Source: Anaerolineales bacterium
GTDB lineage: Bacteria > Chloroflexota > Anaerolineae > Anaerolineales > UBA4823
Assembly: GCA_035341015.1 (NCBI GenBank)
Contig: DAOQUL010000005.1
Span: forward strand, 10,812 to 74,811
Length of the DNA: 64,000 nucleotides
Direction of reading: 5' to 3'
This document shows, piece by piece, positions 8,467 through 16,413 of this stretch (positions are counted from its first letter, which is position 1; the number at the start of each line of letters is the position of its first letter). The notes beneath the pieces were generated by a model. That model did not search any database, was not told where the DNA came from, and worked only from the letters and a program-made list of their open reading frames with translations. Position numbers and translations under genes: made by a program.

Positions 8467-10743
8467 ATGACAGAACTTCAATCGTTGATCGCAAAAATGA
8501 CCCTGGAGGAAAAAGCTGCATTGTGTACCGGTGCCAGCGCATGGACGGCTACCCCGGTGGAGCGCCTGGGCATCCCAGAGCTGACCTGCTCGGATGGCCC
8601 GCACGGTGTGCGGCGCGTGCCAGATGTCAATTCCATCACTGTTGAGAGCCTGCCTGCCACCTGCTTCCCCACCGCTTCTTGCAGTGCTTCGACCTGGGAT
8701 CTGGACCTGGTTCAGAAGATGGGTGAGGCTTTGGCGGAGGAATGTATTGCCTTGAACGTGGATGTGGTGCTTGGTCCCGGGGCGAACATGAAACGTTCTC
8801 CCTTGGGAGGGCGCAACTTCGAATACTACTCAGAAGACCCTTACCTGGCGGGAGAAATGGCCGCCAGCCTGATCCGGGGTGTGCAAGGCAAGGGGGTGGG
8901 AACATCGCTGAAACATTATGCCGCCAACAACCAGGAATTCCAGCGCTTTACCATCAGCGCAGATGTGGATGAGCGCACCTTGCGCGAGATCTACCTGCCT
9001 GCCTTTGAAAAAGCGGTCAAAGAGGCTCGCCCCTGGACGGTGATGTGCTCGTATAACAAGGTCAATGGCACCTTCGCTTCAGAGCACCATTACCTTTTGA
9101 CCGACATCCTCAAAAAGGAATGGGGTTTTGAAGGCCTGGTGGTTTCGGACTGGGGTGCGGTGCGAGATCGCGTGGCGGCGTTGAAAGGTGGATTGGACTG
9201 GGAAATGCCCGGTCCTCAAGACCGGCACGTGCAGGCGGTGGTAGACGCGGTGCGATCTGGCGAGTTGGACGAAAGTGTGCTGGACGAAGCCGTGCGCCGC
9301 ATCTTGCGGATTGTGTTCAAGGCCAAAGAAACGCCCAAGGGCGGCAAGTTTGACGTGGATGCTCACCATGAGCTGGCGCGTAAGGTTGCGGCAGAAGGGA
9401 TGGTTCTGCTCAAGAACAACGGCCTCTTGCCGCTGAAGAACCAACAGCACATTGCCGTGATTGGGCGTTCAGCAGAGACGGCTCATTTCCAGGGCGGGGG
9501 CAGTTCGCACATCAACCCCACCAAAGTGGCTGTGCCGTTCAAGGAGTTGAAAGAGCGGGCCGTGGGTGCCGAGCTGAGCTATGCGGAAGGTTACCCTACT
9601 GATAATTCTTACCGCCCAGGGATGATCGACCAGGCGGTTGGGCTAGCGCGTTCGGCAGACGTGGCGGTGTTATACATCGCTTTGCCTTCTTTTAAAGAGT
9701 CTGAAGGTTATGACCGGAACGACCTGGACTTGACCGGACAGCAGGTGGCGCTGATCAAGGCAGTATCTAAAGTCCAACCCAATACGGTGGTGGTGCTGAA
9801 CAACGGTGCGCCGGTTGCGATGGGTGAGTGGATTGACGGCGTGGCTGCTGTGCTCGAAGGGTGGATGATGGGCCAGGCGGGGGGCGCGGCGATTGCAGAT
9901 GTGCTGTATGGCAAGGTCAATCCCAGCGGTAAGTTGGCTGAAACGTTCCCACATAAGCTGGCGGATACCCCTGCTCATCTCAATTGGCCAGGGGGCGCGG
10001 GCCAGGTGCGCTATGGGGAGGGGTTGTTCATTGGCTACCGGTACTATGATATGAAAGAAATCCCAGTCTTGTTCCCCTTTGGCCACGGGTTGAGTTACAC
10101 CACTTTTGCGTACAGCAACCCCAGGGTATCGGCCAAGACCTTCAAAGACATTGATGGGTTGACCGTGACGGTGGATGTGACGAACACCGGCGGTGTGGGC
10201 GGCAAAGAAATCGTCCAGGTCTACGTCCACGATCAAAAGTCTGGCCTGGTGCGGCCCGAGAAGGAATTGAAGGGCTTTGCAAAGGTGGCGCTTGAACCCG
10301 GCGAGACCAAATCCGTCTCTATCCCGCTGGATTTCCGCGCCTTTGCCTATTACCACCCCAAGTACAAGCAGTGGATCACCGAGGATGGCGAATTCGATAT
10401 CCTGATCGCGGCTTCAGCAGACGATATCCGCCAGGTGCTAACGGTCAATCTTGAATCAACCCTGAGCCTGCCCTGCATTCTCGACAAAGAATCTACGATC
10501 CGAGAATGGATGGATGATCGACGGGGCAAGGTGGTATTTGGGCCTTACTACGAGCAGATCCAAATCCAGAGCAGGCAAACCTTTGGCGGCGGCGAGGGCG
10601 AAGGTTCTATCGGCGTGGATGTCATGGAAATGATGAATGATATGCCATTGGTGAGCGTGCTCATGTTCATGGCGAGCGCGCTGCCGGTTCATCCAGAGGA
10701 TATGGTAGCCGGCCTGTTGAAGCAGGTGCACGGTATGGAGTGA
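8467..10743 (+). CDS. bglX: Glycoside hydrolase family 3 beta-glucosidase
   Basis: 758 aa. Contains PHGVR, GPGANMKRSPLGGRNFEYYSEDP, the nucleophile region GLVVSDWGA and a C-terminal fibronectin-like domain (KELKGFAKVALEPGE). Confidence 0.92.
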   Translation: MTELQSLIAKMTLEEKAALCTGASAWTATPVERLGIPELTCSDGPHGVRRVPDVNSITVESLPATCFPTASCSASTWDLDLVQKMGEALAEECIALNVDVVLGPGANMKRSPLGGRNFEYYSEDPYLAGEMAASLIRGVQGKGVGTSLKHYAANNQEFQRFTISADVDERTLREIYLPAFEKAVKEARPWTVMCSYNKVNGTFASEHHYLLTDILKKEWGFEGLVVSDWGAVRDRVAALKGGLDWEMPGPQDRHVQAVVDAVRSGELDESVLDEAVRRILRIVFKAKETPKGGKFDVDAHHELARKVAAEGMVLLKNNGLLPLKNQQHIAVIGRSAETAHFQGGGSSHINPTKVAVPFKELKERAVGAELSYAEGYPTDNSYRPGMIDQAVGLARSADVAVLYIALPSFKESEGYDRNDLDLTGQQVALIKAVSKVQPNTVVVLNNGAPVAMGEWIDGVAAVLEGWMMGQAGGAAIADVLYGKVNPSGKLAETFPHKLADTPAHLNWPGGAGQVRYGEGLFIGYRYYDMKEIPVLFPFGHGLSYTTFAYSNPRVSAKTFKDIDGLTVTVDVTNTGGVGGKEIVQVYVHDQKSGLVRPEKELKGFAKVALEPGETKSVSIPLDFRAFAYYHPKYKQWITEDGEFDILIAASADDIRQVLTVNLESTLSLPCILDKESTIREWMDDRRGKVVFGPYYEQIQIQSRQTFGGGEGEGSIGVDVMEMMNDMPLVSVLMFMASALPVHPEDMVAGLLKQVHGME

Positions 10744-10749
10744 TGATGT

Positions 10750-10781
10750 GGGGTGCAGTTTGCTGCCCGAAACTGCACCCC
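10750..10781 (+). terminator. Hairpin just after the GH3 stop
   Basis: GGGGTGCAGTTT-gctgcccg-AAACTGCACCCC forms a 12-bp stem. No T-run follows. Confidence 0.4.
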
Positions 10782-10917
10782 CAATTCCCCTCACGAAAAG
10801 CGGGCGAATAGAGTACAATTGTTCTGTAAAGATCGGTGAGTGTAACCAGGGACCTGCCTCCGGGTGGTGGTCACCCGGAACATTCGACAGCCCGCTCACC
10901 GTACAGGAGGATTTCCC

Positions 10918-11334
10918 ATGTACCACACCATTATCATTGTTGGCAATCTGGGCAAGGATCCCGAGATGCGTTATACGCCCTCGGGGCAGGCGGTGACCAA
11001 CTTCAGCCTGGCAACCAACCGCCAATACACCGGCAGCGACGGGCAGATGGTCAAAGAAACCATCTGGTTCCGCGTCTCTACCTGGGGTAAGCAGGCCGAG
11101 ACCTGCAACCAATACCTCAAGCGGGGGAGTAAGGTCTTGGTAGAAGGGCGTCTTGTTCCCGATAAAGAAACCGGTGGGCCGCGCGTTTACTCACGCCAGG
11201 ATGGCACGACCGGCGCTTCTTTTGAAGTGAACGCTCAAACAGTGCGCTTCTTGTCATCCCGCGGCGACGAAGATGGCGGCGCAGGTTATGCGGCCTCTGA
11301 AGCCCCTGCCGACGATGAGCCGATCCCCTTCTAA
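10918..11334 (+). CDS. ssb: Single-stranded DNA-binding protein
   Basis: Trimmed to the ATG at 10918 (AGGAGG at 10905-10910). MYHTIIIVGNLGKDPEMRYTPSGQAVTNFSLATN forms the OB fold, followed by a Gly/Asp-rich tail ending DDEPIPF. Confidence 0.95.
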   Translation: MYHTIIIVGNLGKDPEMRYTPSGQAVTNFSLATNRQYTGSDGQMVKETIWFRVSTWGKQAETCNQYLKRGSKVLVEGRLVPDKETGGPRVYSRQDGTTGASFEVNAQTVRFLSSRGDEDGGAGYAASEAPADDEPIPF

Positions 11335-11358
11335 ATTCAATCTGTGACGTAGGTGTGA

Positions 11359-11394
11359 GCAGGTGGTCGTTGTGTAAGCCTGGCGGCCACCTGC
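11359..11394 (+). terminator. Hairpin downstream of ssb
   Basis: GCAGGTGGTCG...CGGCCACCTGC forms about 11 bp including one G-U pair. No T-run follows. Confidence 0.3.
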
Positions 11395-11413
11395 CGCCTA
11401 TCTGGAGGCATTC

Positions 11414-11758
11414 ATGTCCCTGCCTGCAAACAACCGTCCCCCCGTGCCCACGCACCCTGTTTTGGAGGTGCGCGCTGATCTGGATTCGGTCTATGCTAAC
11501 CTGGTGCGCATCGCTCATTCTCCTTCTGAGCTGGTGTTTGATTTTGCCCATTTACTGCCCGGCTTGCCGCAAGCGCGCGTCAATGCGCGGGTGGTGATGT
11601 CGCCATTGGGGGCCAAGCTGCTTTACCGGGCCTTGGGTGAAAACCTGGCGCGCTATGAGACGGCTTTCGGCGAGATCAAGACCCCCACTGAGTCTACCCT
11701 GGCAGATTTTCTTTTCCGTCCGCCAGCCAAGGATAAAGAGAAGGACAAAGAGGAGTAA
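11414..11758 (+). CDS. DUF3467-family protein
   Basis: 114 aa. VYANLVRIAHSPSELVFDF...ARVVMSPLGAKLLYRALGENLARYETAFGEI matches my memory of the DUF3467 consensus. Confidence 0.7.
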   Translation: MSLPANNRPPVPTHPVLEVRADLDSVYANLVRIAHSPSELVFDFAHLLPGLPQARVNARVVMSPLGAKLLYRALGENLARYETAFGEIKTPTESTLADFLFRPPAKDKEKDKEE

Positions 11759-11762
11759 GCGC

Positions 11763-12413
11763 ATGCCCGAATTAGACGAGATTGCTGAGCGTATCCATGC
11801 GGCCTTTGAGGTACGCACAGCGGCACGCGATCGGGCGCTTTCACAGGCCCGTACCCTCACGCGCCATTGTGCCAATGCCATCCGCGCCATTCATCGCGAC
11901 GAAGAGCCGCTGGCACAGCAGCACCTGGCAGACGCGGCCGGCCTGGCAGCCGCCCTGCGCAGCGACCTGGATGATTTCCCCGACCTGTACCATGCCGGCT
12001 ACACACAGGATGCGCTCAAAGAATACGCCGAAGCGAACCTGGTGTATGCCCTGGTGGGCGCTAAGCCGCTGCCCAGCCCCGAGGAGCTTTCTCTTGAGCC
12101 GGCGACCTATTTGCAGGGCCTATCAGAGGCGGTGGGCGAGCTGCGCCGCCGCAGCCTGGATGCACTGTTAAAAGATCAGCCTGCCGAAGCCGAGCGCTTA
12201 CTGGGTGAAATGGACGATATCTACGCGGTGCTGGTGACCATGGATTATCCCGATGCCATCACGGGTGGGCTGCGCCGCCTGACCGACGTGGCACGGGCCA
12301 TCATTGAGCGCACGCGCGGCGACCTGACCATGAGCCTGCGCCAGGGCCGCCTGGAAAACAGCATGCATCAACTGGAAGAACGCCTGGACCGCCACCAGAA
12401 TTCAAACGGATAA
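11763..12413 (+). CDS. Translin-family (COG2178-like) nucleic-acid-binding protein
   Basis: Trimmed to the ATG at 11763. All-helical 216 aa with YLQGLSEAVGELRR and a C-terminal LRRLTDVARAIIERTRGDL pattern like translin/TRAX. Confidence 0.55.
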   Translation: MPELDEIAERIHAAFEVRTAARDRALSQARTLTRHCANAIRAIHRDEEPLAQQHLADAAGLAAALRSDLDDFPDLYHAGYTQDALKEYAEANLVYALVGAKPLPSPEELSLEPATYLQGLSEAVGELRRRSLDALLKDQPAEAERLLGEMDDIYAVLVTMDYPDAITGGLRRLTDVARAIIERTRGDLTMSLRQGRLENSMHQLEERLDRHQNSNG

Positions 12414-12417
12414 ACCC

Positions 12418-12678
12418 ATGCGCATCGTCCGCGCCTCTGAACTCGGTTCTTACCTCTTCTGCCAGAGGGCCTGGTGGTATGACCGCCAGGGTTATGAGAG
12501 CCAAAACCTGGCTGAATTAGCCGCCGGCAGTGATCTGCACGAGCAGCACGGGCGGATGGCCCTGGCTTCGGGTTGTTTGAAAACCCTGGCTTACGGGCTG
12601 GTGTTGTTGGGCGTGGTGATCTTAAGTGTTGTTGCCGTGCAGGCCCTGTTAGCCAGCCTGGCTGAGCCAGTCTTCTAA
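12418..12678 (+). CDS. Cas4/DUF83-like nuclease, N-terminal piece (Cys motif plus one TM helix)
   Basis: 86 aa. ASELGSYLFCQRAWWY...DLHEQHG resembles the Cas4 N-terminus, including its first Fe-S Cys. A TM helix follows (LAYGLVLLGVVILSVVAV). It ends in a TAA that is in frame with the next ORF. Confidence 0.55.
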   Translation: MRIVRASELGSYLFCQRAWWYDRQGYESQNLAELAAGSDLHEQHGRMALASGCLKTLAYGLVLLGVVILSVVAVQALLASLAEPVF

Positions 12679-12687
12679 AGTGACCTT

Positions 12688-13206
12688 ATGTGGCCTATTG
12701 TTGGGATCTTATGTTTACTGTTGGCGGTGGTTTTATTTGTCCTTTCGGGTTATCAAAAACGCCAGCTTGGTCTGCCGGGTGGGCGAGTGATCTATGCCGA
12801 TACCAGCCGTTGGAACAAAGCCGAGAAACCGCTCTTTGATCCCGACCTGGGTCTGACAGGCAAGCCTGATTACCTGGTCGAGCAAGGCGATGTGATCATC
12901 CCGGTAGAGGTCAAATCAACGCGTGCGGTCGATGCGCCTTATGATGCCCATATTTACCAATTGGGGGCATATTGCTTGCTGGTAGAACGCACGTATGGTA
13001 AGCGCCCGCCTTATGGCATCATCAATTATCCCACGCGCACTTTTGCGGTCGATTATACGCCGGCCCTAGAAGAGGCCGTTTTGAACATCATCGGCGAGCT
13101 GCACGAAAAATCTAACCAGAAGAACCTGCCGCGCTCTCACGATGCCCCAGAGCGCTGTGCGCACTGCGGTTTTCGCAGTGTTTGCGACCAGGTGCTCAGG
13201 ATATAA
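12688..13206 (+). CDS. Cas4/DUF83-like PD-(D/E)XK nuclease core with an N-terminal TM helix
   Basis: 172 aa. TM helix WPIVGILCLLLAVVLFVL, then GKPDYLVE..IIPVEVKS (D..ExK), IYQLGAYCLL (QxxxY) and a C-terminal CAHCGFRSVC tri-Cys. Confidence 0.75.
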   Translation: MWPIVGILCLLLAVVLFVLSGYQKRQLGLPGGRVIYADTSRWNKAEKPLFDPDLGLTGKPDYLVEQGDVIIPVEVKSTRAVDAPYDAHIYQLGAYCLLVERTYGKRPPYGIINYPTRTFAVDYTPALEEAVLNIIGELHEKSNQKNLPRSHDAPERCAHCGFRSVCDQVLRI

Positions 13207-13212
13207 TACGTA

Positions 13213-14088
13213 GTGATGGATCCAAAATCGCCCATTCCTCGCAAGATCGTTATCGTTGCGCATCCCAAGGTGCCCGAAGCCGCCCCTGAGGCCAAAGAGC
13301 TGGCGGCTTACCTGCAAGAACATGATACGCAGACTGTTCATGGCATGTTGTATGACGAAGGACTGCGCAAGCGCGTCAAAGCTGGAGAGTTTGACCTGCT
13401 GATTGCCCTGGGCGGGGATGGAACGATCTTGAGGGCCGGGCATCTTTGCGCGCCGGGGGAGCTGCCTTTGCTGGGGATCAATATGGGACGCCTGGGTTTC
13501 TTGATGGAGATCCATAAGCAAGAATGGCGCAGTTTTATACCGCGCTTATTGGCGGGCGATTATTGGCTGGAAAACCGCATGATGCTGACTGCCGAGCACT
13601 GGCGCGCGGGTGAGAAGCAGGGGAGCTGGGATGTGCTGAACGAGGTGGTGGTCAGCCGCGGGCAGACCATCCGTGCCGTGCACATTGCCACCATGGTAGA
13701 TGGACGCCACCTGACCACCTTTGTGGCCGATGCCCTGATCGCGGCCACGCCCACCGGCTCAACGGCATATGCCCTGGCCGCGGGCGGGCCCATCTTGCCG
13801 CCAGAGCTGCGTAACATCTTGCTGGTGCCGGTTGCGCCGCACCTGTCCCTTGACCGGGCGCTGGTGTTGGCAGAGGGTTCCTCCGTCAGCATGACGGTAG
13901 ATGGCGACAGCCAGGCCGTTTTCAGCGTGGATGGGCAAGCACCGGTGGGGTTGGCAGAGAGTGACCGGGTGGATGTATTTGCTGGGAAACATTCGGTGCA
14001 CTTCATCCGTTTCCAAGATCCGGGCTATTTTTATCGTAATCTTACGCCGCATATGGGCATGAACCAATCCAATTATAAAAATGGTTGA
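13213..14088 (+). CDS. nadK: NAD(+) kinase
   Basis: 291 aa. Contains LLIALGGDGTILRAG, NEVVV and TPTGSTAYALAAGGPI. Confidence 0.93.
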   Translation: MMDPKSPIPRKIVIVAHPKVPEAAPEAKELAAYLQEHDTQTVHGMLYDEGLRKRVKAGEFDLLIALGGDGTILRAGHLCAPGELPLLGINMGRLGFLMEIHKQEWRSFIPRLLAGDYWLENRMMLTAEHWRAGEKQGSWDVLNEVVVSRGQTIRAVHIATMVDGRHLTTFVADALIAATPTGSTAYALAAGGPILPPELRNILLVPVAPHLSLDRALVLAEGSSVSMTVDGDSQAVFSVDGQAPVGLAESDRVDVFAGKHSVHFIRFQDPGYFYRNLTPHMGMNQSNYKNG

Positions 14089-14655
14089 GTGACGATGACA
14101 ACTGTTGATCCTTTACCTTCCGCTCCTTCTTCGCCTTTGTACTGCGCCACGCACCCACAGGTAGAGACCACCCTGCGTTGTAACCGCTGTGAGAAGCTTA
14201 TCTGTCCCAAGTGCGCGGTGTTGACCCCCACCGGCTACCGGTGTAAAGACTGTGTTCGGGGCCAGCAAAAGGTTTTTGAAACCGTGAGGGTGTATGACTA
14301 CCCGGTGGCCTTTGTGCTGGTGGCTTTCTTGTCGTTCCTGGGCAGCCAGGTGGCCTCTGTCATGGGCTTTTTTGTGTTGTTCATTGCCCCAATAGCCGGT
14401 GTGATCATGGCTGAAGCGGTGCGTTTTGTGATCCGCAAGCGCCGCGGCCGTTACCTGACCTGGACGACTACGGCTGCGGCTGTGATTGGGGCTTTGCCGG
14501 TGTTCTTCAGCACTTTGATCGGGGCGATTGCATGGATGAACTACACCGGGGTGGGCGGAGCGGGGGCTTTTGTCTCTTTGTTATGGCCTGGCGTTTATAC
14601 GGTGATGGTTGCTTCGACCGTGTACTACCGCTTATCGGGGATCAAAATTGGTTAG
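14089..14655 (+). CDS. B-box-type zinc-finger membrane protein
   Basis: 188 aa. N-terminal CATHP..RCNRCEKLICPKCAV...YRCKDC, followed by about 4 TM helices. Confidence 0.6.
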   Translation: MTMTTVDPLPSAPSSPLYCATHPQVETTLRCNRCEKLICPKCAVLTPTGYRCKDCVRGQQKVFETVRVYDYPVAFVLVAFLSFLGSQVASVMGFFVLFIAPIAGVIMAEAVRFVIRKRRGRYLTWTTTAAAVIGALPVFFSTLIGAIAWMNYTGVGGAGAFVSLLWPGVYTVMVASTVYYRLSGIKIG

Positions 14656-14667
14656 AGGTTGTGAGCT

Positions 14668-16413
14668 ATGCTAACTGAACTGCGCATTGAAAATTTTGCC
14701 ATCATTGACCACCTGGAGCTGAGTTTTCATCCGGGGTTGAACATTTTCACCGGTGAGACGGGCGCCGGTAAATCCATCATCATCGATGCCGTTGAGGCGA
14801 TCTTGGGCGGGCGCTCAGATGCCACCATGGTGCGGGCGGGGGCAAACCGGGCCAATATCGAAGCCATCTTTGAGTTAAATGGGGCAACCAGGGCGCCGCT
14901 TCAGGAATTGTTGGAGCGCGAAGGGTTATTGGAAGACGATGCGCCCGGCGCGGCGATCAAGTCGCTTGCGATCGGGCGCGAGATCCGCTCCAATGGGCGT
15001 TCGATTGCGCGGGTGAATGGACGCAGCGTGAATGTGGGCTTGCTGGTGCAATTGAGCGCCTACCTGGTCGATGTACACGGTCAATCTGAGCATTTATCAC
15101 TCCTGCAGGTCAGTCATCACCTGGGCCTGTTGGATCGCTTTGCGGGGGTGGAAGAGCCGCTCAATGCATATCACCAGACTTACGTTCAGCTGCAGGCCCT
15201 GCGCCGAGAGCTGGCTGACCTGCGGCTGGCTGAGAGCGAAGCTGCCCGCCGTACCGATATTTTGACCTACCAGATCAATGAAATTGAGGTGGCGCGCTTA
15301 CAGCCTGGCGAAGAAGAAGACCTGCGCACCGAACGCAACCGCCTGGCAAACGCCGAGGGCCTGGCCGCGCTCTCGCAAGAAGCGATCCAGTTATTGGATG
15401 AGGGCATGCCCGAATCTCCGGCAGTGACAGACCTGGTGGGTCAGGTGGTCAGCGCTCTGAGCAACCTGGCTCGCCTGGACCCGGCAAAGGTAGACCTGAG
15501 CGAACAGGCGCAGTTGGTTTCTGAGAATCTGTCGGACCTGTGTGTCAGCCTGCGCGATTATGTGGAAGAGATTGAATTCAACCCCAAGCGCCTGGATCAA
15601 GTGGAAGAACGCCTGAACCTGATCCATAACCTCAAGCGCAAGTATGGTGAGGATATCCGGGCGGTGTTGGCTTTTGCTGAGCAGGCGCGGGCCCAGTTGG
15701 ATGCCATTACCCATGCTTCTGAGCGCATTGTTGAACTGCAGGGCCTGGAAGGGCGGCTGCTACAGACCCTGGGTAAGCAGGGATTGGTCTTGTCTGAGAA
15801 GCGCCATGCGGCGGCTCAAATGCTGGAGGGGGCCATGGAGCACGAGCTGGACAGCCTGAGCATGTCGGGGGCGCATTTCAAGGTTGATTTCCGCCAGCGG
15901 CCCGATTCAGACGGTGTGCTGCTGGAAGATGGACAGCGCCTGGCTTTTGATGCCAGCGGGCTGGAGAAGGTGGAGTTTTTGGTGGCCCCCAACCCGGGTG
16001 AAGGTTTGAAGCCGTTGGTAAAGATCGCCTCAGGAGGCGAAACTTCTCGCTTGATGTTGGCGATCAAAAATGTGTTGGCGCTCGCCGACCAGGTGCCTAC
16101 CTTGATCTTCGATGAGATCGACCAGGGCATTGGTGGGCGGGTGGGGGGTGTGGTGGGGCGCAAGCTGTGGAACCTGGCCCGCCAGCACCAGGTGTTGTGC
16201 GTTACCCACCTGCCGCAGTTGGCCGCCTATGGCGAGCAGCACTTTTGCGTCCAAAAAGACCTCAGAGATGGCCGCACGCTGACCCGGGTGCAGGCTTTGG
16301 AGGGGCAGGTACGCTTGTTAGAATTAGCCCAGATGATGGGCGAAGTGAGTGAAGGCACCCGCCGCTCGGCCCAAGAGCTGCTTGACGCGGCAGGCCAGGC
16401 GCGAGGGGCATGA
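14668..16413 (+). CDS. recN: DNA repair protein RecN
   Basis: 581 aa. LTELRIENFAIID...FTGETGAGKSIIIDA (Walker A), a long coiled coil, then the C-terminal SGGETSRLMLAIK signature and LIFDEIDQGIGG (Walker B). Confidence 0.95.
   Translation: MLTELRIENFAIIDHLELSFHPGLNIFTGETGAGKSIIIDAVEAILGGRSDATMVRAGANRANIEAIFELNGATRAPLQELLEREGLLEDDAPGAAIKSLAIGREIRSNGRSIARVNGRSVNVGLLVQLSAYLVDVHGQSEHLSLLQVSHHLGLLDRFAGVEEPLNAYHQTYVQLQALRRELADLRLAESEAARRTDILTYQINEIEVARLQPGEEEDLRTERNRLANAEGLAALSQEAIQLLDEGMPESPAVTDLVGQVVSALSNLARLDPAKVDLSEQAQLVSENLSDLCVSLRDYVEEIEFNPKRLDQVEERLNLIHNLKRKYGEDIRAVLAFAEQARAQLDAITHASERIVELQGLEGRLLQTLGKQGLVLSEKRHAAAQMLEGAMEHELDSLSMSGAHFKVDFRQRPDSDGVLLEDGQRLAFDASGLEKVEFLVAPNPGEGLKPLVKIASGGETSRLMLAIKNVLALADQVPTLIFDEIDQGIGGRVGGVVGRKLWNLARQHQVLCVTHLPQLAAYGEQHFCVQKDLRDGRTLTRVQALEGQVRLLELAQMMGEVSEGTRRSAQELLDAAGQARGA

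Noticed and set aside
12418-13206. Cas4-like gene as evidence of a CRISPR-Cas locus
   Set aside because: No repeat-spacer array, cas1/cas2 or effector genes are present anywhere in the 64 kb. Stand-alone Cas4/DUF83 nucleases are common.
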